A stretch of 63,220 bases of DNA, filler included, from Octopus bimaculoides (GCF_001194135.2; 7 parts of 7 records of this genome joined end to end with filler, not necessarily neighbours in it), one strand, 5' to 3'; counted from the whole stretch's first letter, positions 47,495-60,479 are shown. Translations and numbers: made by a program. Notes: generated by a model from the sequence alone, not told the origin.

Positions 47495-50400
47495 AATACA
47501 GAGTCGATTCTTTTTAAGAGATAGAACTAATACCTCCCATATGCTACGAGTCACTAGTCAACTCTCTTTGTTTCTACTTTTACAAAATCTTACACTCTAC
47601 CCAAAACGGCACTAAATGTTTAGCTGAATCAATGTTGTATAGAAATACAAGCTTTCGGAATTCTATCACTACACAGACGTCGATCTGTAGAGATTCAAAC
47701 TAAATATAAACGGCATCGATCTTGGGAAAATTCGAGGTTTTGTAAATATTATTGCCACTGTCTCTCTGTCTCTCACATATTAGCAAAAGAGAATACATAA
47801 GAGAAGCTGTTAGAAGCAATAAAATTGAAAAGTGGTGCAGTAATGTGTACGAAGAAAAGTAATGAGAAATACGAGAACAGTTGTGTACTAAGAGCACACA
47901 TTCCTAAAATAGCACTTACAGATGAGAACAAAGGAAATACTTCACAAATCAAGCGACAGCATTGATATAACCTATGTAAATCACATATAATATGCACCAC
48001 AGCATAAATTTTCAAACAGAAAAATAAAGGAGGGGAAATATTAGATAAGGAAAGAAATAGCTAGTCACCGTGGAATATATGATAAAACGCTGAAACTTTA
48101 GCTAAAACAGAAATAGTTCTTTTTTTTATAATATTAAGAGAAATACATTATCATAGATAACATGAAAAATGAAATACAAAGTATATTACAGAAATTGAAT
48201 TAAATATAAGGCAGACATTCCGGAAATTGTAGAATATATAAAAAAAAATTACTTGTCTCAGATCACACTGAGGCAACTTAAAAAGAAAGAATAACGATTT
48301 ATGGAAAAATATAATGTTTAGTAAAACTAGACACATGTTGTATAGGGAAGGCAATATGAAGAAAAAAATGTTATATAAATGAAGCATAGAAGTGTAAATG
48401 GATCATTCAAGGAAATATTATATAAGAATTAGTTTCTATGTAATAATGGTCTTTAGTTAAAGATGAAAAGTAATATCTTAGTCAGCTAGGTTGCAGATTA
48501 CAAAGACATTCCTACCTACTACCAACATGTATACTTCATCGACGTGCGTGCTTCAGCACACATTGAACTCTATAGTGCTAGTGACTACATCTGCATGTAC
48601 ATAATACAGGTTTCAGCTAAGTTGTAGCATGGTATATTTGTGACAATAAGTATTTCCCTGATGCCTAATCGTTCACTCAACTAACTTCATGCTATATTTC
48701 TGCTTCATCAGAGTTGAGATCACACTACAGAAGAACAGCAGAAACTTACATTACTCCCATAAACACACAATTTTGGAAACTCCCTAGGCAAAAGATCTTT
48801 AATATTTCCAGAGAAGATTAATGCGGAAAATATTGTCGCTGGGAAAGGCAATCGGCGTTTAAACAACTATAAGTTAACGTTAATCGTAACAAAATAATAA
48901 GAAGCACTGCTACAAATAAATTGAAATTGAAAGTGACTTGCATATTATTGACACCCTCATTTATGCTCTATGGTGCAGTATTATAAAGACATTTTTGAAC
49001 GAGTCTTTGTTTTGTTTTAAATGGAAACAAAAAAAACGTATTTTCTGCGTTAAGCCATTGGCCGCATAAGGGATATTTGAAAATATATGCAGAATTAAAG
49101 ATGTGTAATGTCTACTCAAAAGTTCATACATGTTCATCAAAGATAAAATAATACAGATGAACATTTTTTAAATGTCGTACTTACAAAAAAAAAATATTAA
49201 AATTGCAAAGAATAAAACATTAATGTAAGTATAAATTGAAGTATAGGAAATAGATATGTGCGTAGAAAAATGGTTGAAATGATCAAATACGTCTGTGAAA
49301 CAATGATTCCTTAATAACAGCTAATAGAATTATTGCGATAGGTGAATGGAATTGCAAAGACAGAAACTAACACTATACCACGATCACATTTTGATATATA
49401 TCGATATATCATTTTTTTTAGATATATATAAGCATGAGCGCACCTTTCAAGCAGAAACATTTTAAAGAAATTAATAAAAAGTATAACTACAAGCATATAT
49501 GTGTGTGTGTATATATATATATAAANNNNNNNNNNNNNNNNNNNNNNNNNNNNNNNNNNNNNNNNNNNNNNNNNNNNNNNNNNNNNNNNNNNNNNNNNNN
49601 NNNNNNNNNNNNNNNNNNNNNNNNNNNNNNNNNNNNNNNNNNNNNNNNNNNNNNNNNNNNNNNNNNNNNNNNNNNNNNNNNNNNNNNNNNNNNNNNNNNN
49701 NNNNNNNNNNNNNNNNNNNNNNNNNNNNNNNNNNNNNNNNNNNNNNNNNNNNNNNNNNNNNNNNNNNNNNNNNNNNNNNNNNNNNNNNNNNNNNNNNNNN
49801 NNNNNNNNNNNNNNNNNNNNNNNNNNNNNNNNNNNNNNNNNNNNNNNNNNNNNNNNNNNNNNNNNNNNNNNNNNNNNNNNNNNNNNNNNNNNNNNNNNNN
49901 NNNNNNNNNNNNNNNNNNNNNNNNNNNNNNNNNNNNNNNNNNNNNNNNNNNNNNNNNNNNNNNNNNNNNNNNNNNNNNNNNNNNNNNNNNNNNNNNNNNN
50001 NNNNNNNNNNNNNNNNNNNNNNNNNNNNNNNNNNNNNNNNNNNNNNNNNNNNNNNNNNNNNNNNNNNNNNNNNNNNNNNNNNNNNNNNNNNNNNNNNNNN
50101 NNNNNNNNNNNNNNNNNNNNNNNNNNNNNNNNNNNNNNNNNNNNNNNNNNNNNNNNNNNNNNNNNNNNNNNNNNNNNNNNNNNNNNNNNNNNNNNNNNNN
50201 NNNNNNNNNNNNNNNNNNNNNNNNNNNNNNNNNNNNNNNNNNNNNNNNNNNNNNNNNNNNNNNNNNNNNNNNNNNNNNNNNNNNNNNNNNNNNNNNNNNN
50301 NNNNNNNNNNNNNNNNNNNNNNNNNNNNNNNNNNNNNNNNNNNNNNNNNNNNNNNNNNNNNNNNNNNNNNNNNNNNNNNNNNNNNNNNNNNNNNNNNNNN

Positions 50401-51866
50401 NNNNNNNNNNNNNNNNNNNNNNNATACATAGACGGACAGCTAGATAGATAAATAGACAGATATACTCACATAGACTGTCATGCACACGCACTCATACATA
50501 TAAAATAAAAAAGAAAGGTAGAGAAAATATTCTGAATCTACCCACTATAGTGCTTTTCGTCATTAGTAGATTTTTATAAGTTGTAAATATAAATGTGTGA
50601 GTCCAAATCCAGTTATTTGTTCCGGAAATACTAATTAGATGTGTATTTCAATGCAATATATTTTTAACCAGAATGGCGTAATAAAAACTGAGTAATTTCA
50701 TCTCATTTAACATTAACTTCATTTTATTGCATATGTCTGCGATACTCGAAGTATTGAGGATGGCTGTAAATATATATTCTCACAAATAAATATATGCAAT
50801 TAATGAAAATTCCGTAATGTGTTAAATGTTTTGCCTACATATACAGAAGAACAGAATTTAAACAAGCTTCTTCATTTGAAAGTCTCTTGGTGGTTAGCAT
50901 GCAACTGATCACTAACATGGCACTAAACTTTGGAGGTATTTTGGATCTATTTTTAATCTACAGACCCTAATCAGTAAATTGTCTGTTCTGTGGATTTAAT
51001 TCATGGTGGAATTAATCTTCTAATTGATCGCTGGATTTTTCATCATTTTCCATTTTCAAGCAGAAAAGTGGGATTAGCAAACATCACTTAAGAGAAGTTA
51101 AAGAGTCAATGAAAAGGAAATGAACTCAACCCAAGCTAGTTATTTGAAAAGTTGGTGTGAAGAGTTCTCAGTTTAGAATTGAAATGAATTTAACCTTGCT
51201 TATCAATACATCTGAAAGAGATCCACATAGTTCAGGTATTACAAATTCGAATCGCATAATGCAGGTGAAGCCGCAGCTATGTTAGATATCATTTAGTGAA
51301 AGATCGTTGATGGGATGCTGATAAGACAACAGAGTGTTTATAATAAAGGATGATTATGTCAAAAGTGTGGTATCGCAAATCGTTATTCACACGTTATACA
51401 TTGCGACAAATGTATTATATTTCAATATCTCTTGTATCGCAATGTAACATATACAAAATATACAAACGAACTCACAGATTCACACTCACGCATGCGGTGT
51501 CTTAATTTGAAAGATCTATATTTCACACCAGTTATGCGCAACTGAAGGATTACATATACTTTATAGTTCCTATAGCCGTACCATACTACTTAATTCAAGA
51601 TTACAATTTTATTTTGCAAATAGATGCACATGGTTGACTACGATCTTGTATGTCACTATGTATTAGAGAATTTGAGATCTATACGTCCACATCTACGGTA
51701 TTGGCTCATGCCGCCGTGACACTAGTCTGGGTGTATTTTTCGATAGAAAATACCTGATATAAAATGTACACAGTTAGGCCTGTTATTTATAGTATACTCT
51801 AATTTTCAAAGTTGATTTTAAGATGATTCCCTAGATTTAATATTATGTTTCTTATATGCTATCATA

Positions 51867-52610
51867 CGAGGTTGGGCTGAAAAATTTATAGGCTGACTAT
51901 GAGTGAGTGTTGCTAGAGCTGTGAAATCTTAAATGCGTTAATTTCAGCACTTATAATTAATTACCCCCTTGTTTCGTTCTATGTAAACTAACATTTGGTT
52001 ATTCACAAAAGACTGCAAATGTAACTAGTAGCTACTTCACTTGAAAAGAGACAAAATTTGGCATCGAATGTTATCATGTAGGTGCAGAAAAAAGGATTCA
52101 ACCTCTATTAACTTTTATGCTGACATATTTGCCATATTAGGCGCAATTCACTTTGGATTGTTACCACCTAATGCAACAATCAATGCTGAAGTCTATGGAA
52201 GAAAAAAAACCGCTTTAGTGAATCGCAAAGGAGCGATGGTTCAACAGGACAATGCGCGACCCCACACTGGAAAAATCACATCACAGAAGGTTGAAAGCTT
52301 GGTTGGGAAAAATTCCTCATCCACCTCATTCGCCTGACCTTCAGTCTACCATTTGTTTCGTAGTTTACAGAATCATTTGTGGGACATAACTTTCGCAAGC
52401 CAGGAAGTGGTCGAAACTGACATTTCAGGGTTCTTCGCTTTGAAGCCAAATGAGTCTTACATTGATGGAACTGAAAAGTTTGTAATTAGATGGAAGAAAG
52501 TCATAGATAATCAGGGAAACTACATTGATGATTACATTTTTTATATATATAACATTTGATCACTTGTTTTCTTTATTCAAAATTCGGACAGAACTTATGG
52601 GATGACCTGA
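51867..52610 (+). mobile_element. Internally deleted, apparently chimeric mariner element
   Basis: 5' TA-CGAGGTTGGGCTGAAAA end with N-terminus DKIWHR...ADIFAILG. Joined near 52140 to IHFGLLPPNATINAEVY...QQDNARPH...HPPHSPDL...HLFRSLQNHL...RWKKVIDNQGNYIDD, then the 3' end GGACAGAACTTATGGGATGACCTGA. Confidence 0.8.
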
Positions 52611-52724
52611 CATTTTGTAACGTCTGCTACTTGTAACGTCTGTTTTGCTGAACCATTCAGTTTCGACAACGAAACACATCAACAATCGATGTTAAGTGCT
52701 GGTGCCTATTTTTGGTGTGAACCA

Positions 52725-52835
52725 ATGGTCTAGTTGGCTCAGGCCTTAGTAGAAAGTTCTTGCCAAAGTTGCCATGATGAAGGACTGAACACGAAGACAT
52801 TTATTCAGGAAGAAATTTTCTTACCGCACAGCCTA
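52725..52835 (-). mobile_element. Degraded SINE family A head
   Basis: TAGTAGAAAG...TTGCCAAAGTTGCCA...GGACTGAACAC...TTCTTACCGCACAGCC matches the reverse complement of 33598-33712. Confidence 0.6.
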
Positions 52836-54461
52836 CCAGTCCGAGACAATACATACGGTATGTAATCTCTGTATAAACGATGATTGCAATGATGGTCAAT
52901 ACGATGCTGTTAACTTTCTTTTCTATCGTATTTGACCTGACCACCCTGTGATCAAACTGTCTTTTATAGACACTGCACTTTGTAAGCGATTACGTTCATT
53001 TAAGATGGCAGTGTATAAATGGTGGGAAATGTAGGCAATATTTCTTGCAGGTTGACAGGCATTGTTTTATTGAGTCAATATGATGGTGAAGTTTTTAACA
53101 GAGCTTTTCATTGGACAATGATATGAGGCAGTATTTGAGAGACATTGATTTCACTGAAGTGATGTATAATGGCTTGGGAAATTTTGAATAGCCTGATATT
53201 GGGTTTTGATATTAGATTAGAGGAGAAAAGATGAAGTGAAGCTACATTTTCATTTTATTTTCCGTCATCGATACTATATATACAGTTACATGGTTGCATA
53301 TCGAAGAAAATAGTTTGAGAAATATAAAGGAAAAAATGTCCAAAATAAAATTCCGAAAGGTAAAATAAAAATAGTGAATATAAAATACGTATGATAGAGG
53401 ATTCTGGAATTGATCGAAGACAGGTCATCTTATATGTTTCGAAATATCAATTTTCTATCTTATGCAATCGATACTATTTTCTCTAGCAGTTTTATGTGCG
53501 TAAATGCAGTTTTATTTTTTTAGGCCTGTCAGCATTAACTGTATATTTTTTTTTCACAAAGCTGTGAGCTATGTATGACACTTCACTAGGTGAATGAAAA
53601 ATTATATAATAAATTTGTGTAAAGATAAATATGTAATTGAACGTTATTAAATACACATACGCACACACAGAGAGACACATAAAAAAGAATGCGTCCTGAA
53701 ACAATGAGTATTAAAAGAATGAATAGCAGAAAGGACGATGTGCTGTATAAGGTTAATTTGTAGCGATGAGGTAACTGTCGCTGTCATATATATCACAATA
53801 CAGAGAGTGCTTCTATGGTTGTTTGATTTTGCAATAGTAATGCTTATGTGAATAAACAAAAACGCAAGATAAAGAGAAAAGATTTAGTTTCTAACTTCTT
53901 CTGTCACCGTGCACTTTGCACTTTGCACTTTCTTCACGTCCAAAAATATAACTTATAACGCAATAGTAAAATAACATTTTAAAAATATATGTTTTGTACG
54001 TTCGATTGTGCGTAGCAGCTGCCGATACATGATGTTAATATATACTAAGATGCTAGTTCCTGGGGTCCGAGAAAGAAAGATCTATAATTTTTTAAACAGA
54101 TGATTTGTTTACAGTGATGAAATGGTGGTGCTTCACATTGGTCCACTTCAGAAAATCGGTATTAATTATAAAGGAGCATGGTGTACCTACCGCACAACAT
54201 ATTACCCCAATTAGGAAATATTTCGACTAGATGCTAACAGCAAAGTATTTATACGTCCTCCTGTTACTGATTTATTTTTAGCGGGATTTATATTTGTAGT
54301 AGCATTATTAATATCGACAAATTATGTTACTCTAAGGAATGAAGGCAACTAGTACGAGGCCTCTGATGAATATATTGAATAGCATCTGAAAACAGTACGG
54401 CAACATACTTCCTATACTTTATGATATTATCAATATGTTCTATGCTTTCTCCGGTCTCATC

Positions 54462-54541
<80 letters not shown>

Positions 54542-55706
54542 TTCCTAGAGTTAAAAGAAGAATATATATATATCATATATCATTCCTAGAGATAGTATAT
54601 AACTTGTTGATAAGAAGGGTTTATTGCTGCAACAATATCAATTAACGGGACAGAATTGCTTATGCGAATTAGTCATCAATTTTCCTGCATTCCCGAACTG
54701 CAATGTCTGTATAAAAATATGTAACATATTTTCTGTAGCCAGTTTTGACAATATTGCTTCTAAATAGAATCCCGATAAGGATCGAAGACACTCAGGTCGA
54801 TATCCATTTTTCTGCGTTTGAAAAATTAGAAAGAAAATTGCTTAGATGTTGTCTATTAAATTCAAGTATATATCACAGCAACTGTGAAACTATCTAACAA
54901 CCTCTTCTATAGATTATTTAATATGCACAACATTTAGACTGGGTAACACGAGTTTTGTCATTGGATAGCAACTGTTATTTCTTACACGTTTACATCAAGA
55001 ACTAATTAAAAAAATAATGCCTAATCTTTCCTTCAAACTTTGCTTTTGTGGCATTTATTCAAACCCCGATGAATCCCTATCGGCAGATGGCGCTATGCTC
55101 TCCATTACTTCTGTTCATGATCTGGAATGCACGTATTGTCAAACACAAACTGACATGCCCAATTGAGTAAGATCAAGCAACTCACAAACAAATCTGTGGT
55201 AATGCACAGAATATTTGCTAAACCATATTTCTGCTTCAGCAACTCTGCGTTGAATCTGTCAGAAAGGCAATGGAAAATAGGTCAGCTTCAAAACAGTGAT
55301 ATACACGTCACAAAAGCAAAGTTTGAAGGGAATAGTAGATGGGAATTTCTTTTGCTTTCGAGAAGTAAACCGGAAATAAAACTTACTGACAAAAGACACA
55401 AAGACAATTAAAATTCTGTTACACTGGTGATCACATGCAAATGATTTTTTTTTACTAATCTCCTGTTTTTTTTTTTTCATCATAACCTCCACGATGTTTC
55501 CCAACATTATCCAGAACAAATTGTACGTAACTAAAACGATAAAAATGAGGATGAGCTATATAACGTGAGCCATAATTATCGTCCTCACAATTAGCATCAT
55601 CATTGACGCCATCGTTATCTTCAGACTTATCACCACAATCAGATCATCTAAATCACCATTAATGCCTATCACCATTATTTCGATCATCTAAATCATTATC
55701 AACATA

Positions 55707-55796
55707 GTCGACGTTGTCATTGTTGTTCTTATTGTCGACGTTGTCATTGTTGTTTTTATTGTCGACGTTGTCATTGTTGTTTTTATTGTCGACGTT
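55707..55796. repeat. 27-bp minisatellite (GTCGACGTTGTCATTGTTGTTTTTATT) x3.3
   Basis: Units start at 55707, 55734, 55761 and 55788. Confidence 0.95.
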
Positions 55797-56539
55797 ATTA
55801 TCGTCGTTGTTGTGGCTGTTGTTGCCGTTATCGTCGTCGTTGTCATCATCATCAACATCACCTCCCAATTATCACCAATATCGTCAGCATCAGACCAATC
55901 GTGCTATTAGGAACACTCAAAAAAAAGCAGGAAGTAAACATCGTGTTATATTCCATTCAGTTGTAGTCAGAGTATATCCTTCGCATTTACATTATCTTCA
56001 GTTTCTGATCATTTTCTCACGTACATTAATCATCATGATCATCATCTTGACATGATTCCACCAACATATACAACCGTTACAGCATCACATCCCACATATT
56101 CTTTGTAACGTGTTTTTATTTCTACCTCTATCATAATTATAAACATAACCATAGCAATACATGCTTACATCATAACATCACGTTTAACATTACTTCCAGC
56201 ACTTTCAAGCTCATATTGTATAATCGCAAAAACGTTGAATTACACCCACCGGTAATTCTCCAAACCGGAGTTATATCATGTTTTCAAACCTTCATGATGT
56301 AAGCATGTTACATAATCGAATATATTCGAACATTTTCTAATCTTTTTTTATTTCTTTATATGCATACATATGCATGTATGCACATTAGTTTATGCAGGTA
56401 TATATGCTTGTGTGTGAATGAGTATATATATANNNNNNNNNNNNNNNNNNNNNNNNNNNNNNNNNNNNNNNNNNNNTTAATTAATTAANNNNNNNNNNNN
56501 NNNNNNNNNNNNNNNNNNNNNNNNNNNNNNNNTACATAT

Positions 56540-57360
56540 ATACTTAACGATCCAATTGTGGGACCTCGAAGACTGTAACAGTTAGGATTTAAAGAATATT
56601 GACTGTAAGTTACATGGAGAAACCTGGACAAACAAGCAAAGTCATTTTCACTGCCTCTGGACTTCCTCATTACCAAAAACCATCAGAGATCACATCCTCG
56701 GAACCATGGTTTCCATGCAAGAACTCATAAAACTGCCTCCTTTAATGCTCTGTCACAGGAGTTTGAGGCTTCAATAGGCCCAAAAGTACATGACGTTAGA
56801 CATGAGTTGTGTTCTTTTCACTGATGAAACCAGGGTGACCCTTGACGGTCCTGAGGGCTGGGAAAATGGTTGGGTCTATTTTAGAGATGAGCGTCACCAA
56901 CGTTTATGACATCAACAACAGGGTGAAGGAGTCATGTGGGCTAGTATCATGTGGGTTAGGGTTAGCCAAGGTACCTGAAAGGTTATAGTGACTGCAGCCA
57001 CTGTCTGCCATCTCCTGCAGGAGGTCTTGGATCCTTAGCTAGATGACATACCGCTGTCACTTCTAAGGAATCTTGTATACATGCATGACAATGCTCCCTC
57101 CCACTCTGCTGAGATAATCCAAACATTATTAGGGTCTTATGGCATACAAGGTGAAAGGTTGATAGTGTGGCTACCAGCATCTCCGGATCTCAACCCTAAT
57201 GAAAATCTTTGGTCCATCATTAAACAAGATGTTTATGCCAATGAATGCCAATTTACATCAAAGCTACAGCAGAGGCAGTCCAACCTGCTCTATTCAGAAA
57301 TTGACAGATTCCATGACTAATAGGGTTTTCGACGTTATCCGTCGAAATGGTGCTCAATAA
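56540..57360 (+). pseudogene. Tc1-like (IS630-Tc1-mariner) transposase fragment with DD37E spacing
   Basis: PPL...AQKYMTLDMSCVLFTDETRVTLDGPEGW; MHDNAPSH...PASPDLNPNENLW (D at 57087, E at 57201, 37 residues between); C-terminus IQKLTDSMTNRVFDVIRRNGAQ*. Confidence 0.87.
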
Positions 57361-57414
57361 TTCATTACGTCAATAAATGTTATAACACTTTTATGGTTTT
57401 CTGTTAAATAAAGC

Positions 57415-57757
57415 ACCATTCGAACATGATCGTTGCCAGTGTCACCTTACCAGCACATGTGCCGGTGGCACGTGAAAAACATTTGAGTGTGGTCATTGCC
57501 AGTGCCGCCAGACTGGCTCCCATGCTGGTGGCACGTAAAAAACACCTTTTGAGTGTGGTCGTTGCCAGAACCACCTGACTGGGCTTCGTGCTGGTGTCAC
57601 ATAAAAGAAGTCACTATACTCTCGGAGTGGTTGGTGTTAGGAAGAGCATCCAGCTGTAGAAACTTTGCCAAATCAGATTGGAGCCTGGTGCAGCCTCTGG
57701 TTCACCAGTCCTCAGTCAAACCGTCCAACCCATGCCAGCATGGAAAACGGACGTTAA

Positions 57758-57790
<33 letters not shown>
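57415..57790 (+). mobile_element. Retroposon with about three 63-66-bp tandem units and an RTE-type 3' end with a (GAT)n tail
   Basis: Units start C(G/A)TTGCCAG at 57431, 57494 and 57560. The end reads CCGTCCAACCCATGCCAGCATGGAAAACGGACGTTAAATGATGATG. Confidence 0.7.
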
Positions 57791-57792
<2 letters not shown>

Positions 57793-58179
57793 AATATACT
57801 TAATGTATGCTTAATATATATCATTACCCTTCATTTTCTGAAAAAAAAAGTGTCTAGACGGACTATTTTCATTCAAATACTTCACCAAAAAACTGAAGAA
57901 TCTCAAATAAAAAAAGAAAGGATGTTACACAGACTACTGAGAACATATCAATGGTGTTGCCATAGCGTGCAAACCAACTGGGAAAAGTTTTACCAAAATT
58001 TAGGATTTTACAGAAAACTGAGAAATCCTAAATTTAACTCCTAAGCTATAAGCACGGTTCTGAGTGCATTATACAGACACCCACATATATATAAAATATC
58101 ATTAAACACTATATTACTGACAATGGTATATAGTTGGTCAGTAAAACTAGCCAAACCATGTCCAGACTCTTAAAATGTC

Positions 58180-58282
58180 CAGCACAGGTACTTTTTATGT
58201 GGGACCAGTACAGCTGCTTAAAAAGCATCTAAAAGATGATGTCAGCACAAATGCTTTCTATGTGGGACCAAAACAGCTGCTT
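58180..58282. repeat. Diverged tandem duplication, period about 63 bp
   Basis: CAGCACAGGTACTTTTTATGTGGGACCAGTACAGCTGCTT vs CAGCACAAATGCTTTCTATGTGGGACCAAAACAGCTGCTT. Confidence 0.85.
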
Positions 58283-59732
58283 TCTACATAACACCAGTAC
58301 AGAATTTATAGAAACTTAATGTATAAACACCCCCAGAAGGGATTGTAACCCTCAACATTGTCAACCTTGGCTTCTTCCTCAATTTGGCCAAACATTGAAA
58401 GTTATATTTTGTATATGAATACACCTATGCAAACAACGCAATCAAAGATAGAAAAATAGGTAATGAGTGTATATGCATATTTCAAAAGTTATTGCTCTTT
58501 CATCAGTACCACATCCAACCCATCAACTATCTATGAATGCATTGATTAAATATCTACGAAGTTAAGCAGTGTAGTACAATTGGGTAGATCAATATATATG
58601 TGGCAAATGGTACACACAATTTCTGGCAAAGAAACAGTATTTTGTTTTGCAAACATAATATACTACCAACTATATTAAAGTTTTACAAATTAATAACTTG
58701 TCTTGCTTGTGTGTTAGCAGAGCGATGTTTTTATTTTTCAGATTCTTCACAGATTTTCCATAAATTTCAAAGTCAGCACTAAAAGTTATGACNNNNNNNN
58801 NNNNNNNNNNNNNNNNNNNNNNNNNNNNNNNNNNNNNNNNNNNNNNNNNNNNNNNNNNNNNNNNNNNNNNNNNNNNNNNNNNNNNNNNNNNNNNNNNNNN
58901 NNNNNNNNNNNNNNNNNNNNNNNNNNNNNNNNNNNNNNNNNNNNNNNNNNNNNNNNNNNNNNNNNNNNNNNNNNNNNNNNNNNNNNNNNNNNNNNNNNNN
59001 NNNNNNNNNNNNNNNNNNNNNNNNNNNNNNNNNNNNNNNNNNNNNNNNNNNNNNNNNNNNNNNNNNNNNNNNNNNNNNNNNNNNNNNNNNNNNNNNNNNN
59101 NNNNNNNNNNNNNNNNNNNNNNNNNNNNNNNNNNNNNNNNNNNNNNNNNNNNNNNNNNNNNNNNNNNNNNNNNNNNNNNNNNNNNNNNNNNNNNNNNNNN
59201 NNNNNNNNNNNNNNNNNNNNNNNNNNNNNNNNNNNNNNNNNNNNNNNNNNNNNNNNNNNNNNNNNNNNNNNNNNNNNNNNNNNNNNNNNNNNNNNNNNNN
59301 NNNNNNNNNNNNNNNNNNNNNNNNNNNNNNNNNNNNNNNNNNNNNNNNNNNNNNNNNNNNNNNNNNNNNNNNNNNNNNNNNNNNNNNNNNNNNNNNNNNN
59401 NNNNNNNNNNNNNNNNNNNNNNNNNNNNNNNNNNNNNNNNNNNNNNNNNNNNNNNNNNNNNNNNNNNNNNNNNNNNNNNNNNNNNNNNNNNNNNNNNNNN
59501 NNNNNNNNNNNNNNNNNNNNNNNNNNNNNNNNNNNNNNNNNNNNNNNNNNNNNNNNNNNNNNNNNNNNNNNNNNNNNNNNNNNNNNNNNNNNNNNNNNNN
59601 NNNNNNNNNNNNNNNNNNNNNNNNNNNNNNNNNNNNNNNNNNNNNNNNNNNNNNNNNNNNNNNNNNNNNNNNNNNNNNNNNNNNNNNNNNNNNNNNNNNN
59701 NNNNNNNNNNNNNNNNNNNNNNNNNNNNNNNN

Positions 59733-59810
<78 letters not shown>

Positions 59811-59812
<2 letters not shown>

Positions 59813-59967
59813 GCTCTGATGCAATATCAGGCACCGCCTCTCATGGCTTCTCATTTTAACTGATTGGAAATATTATCATGTACATGTTTTATCTTGATAT
59901 AAAAGACAGGCTACTGCAAATATCCTGCACAATACCACAAATCTGCTTGTCAGTTGAGCATGTCCCT
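59811..59967. mobile_element. Interspersed repeat end anchored on a long (TAA)n tract
   Basis: Non-repetitive block abutting (TAA)n; resembles a recalled octopus retroelement terminus. Orientation and family unresolved. Confidence 0.35.
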
Positions 59968-60479
59968 NNNNNNNNNNNNNNNNNNNNNNNNNNNNNNNNN
60001 NNNNNNNNNNNTTAATTAATTAANNNNNNNNNNNNNNNNNNNNNNNNNNNNNNNNNNNNNNNNNNNNAAGAAGAAGAAGAAGAAGAAGAAGAAGAAGAAG
60101 AAGAAGAAGAAGAAGAAGAAGAAGAAGAAGAAGAAGAAGAAGAAGAAGAAGAAGAAGAAGATGATGATGATGATGATGATGATGATGAAAGAGGAAGAGC
60201 TTGGCTCGGTTTGAAGAATCCGTCTTGCGATTCTTTCCCGCGACATTCCTGTCGCATGTACGTAGTAGAATGACCTACATTGTATTGTATTCACTTTAGA
60301 AAATCGTTGCACTTCATTACATAAGACTTATTATGATTATGCAACATTACATAACATATTTTATGCTACACTATAGTACCCTTTGTTATGTTATGCTAAA
60401 CTACACAACAATATACCACGCTTAACTATATTATATTGCCCTATACAACATAATAGGGTACGCGAGAATTTTGGAAATA

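Noticed and set aside
51700-51730. TCATGCCGCCGTGACACTAGT as a Helitron 3' end (hairpin + CTAG)
   Set aside because: The stem is weak, it lies only 2 nt from CTAG rather than about 10, and nothing links it to the 46.7-kb fragment.
54355-54420. CTGATGA...GAAA as a second hammerhead
   Set aside because: Stem II pairs poorly, and stems I and III cannot be closed around a valid NUH site.
16319-57000. Repeated TGG to TAG/TGA stops in TE ORFs as a deaminase hypermutation signature
   Set aside because: Any G-to-A transition in a Trp codon gives a stop. The number seen is expected from neutral decay, and no consensus is available to test for bias.
55707-57610. Regularly spaced repeats (27-bp and ~64-bp units) as a CRISPR-like array
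   Set aside because: The units are head-to-tail with no unique spacers, there are no cas genes, and the context is eukaryotic.
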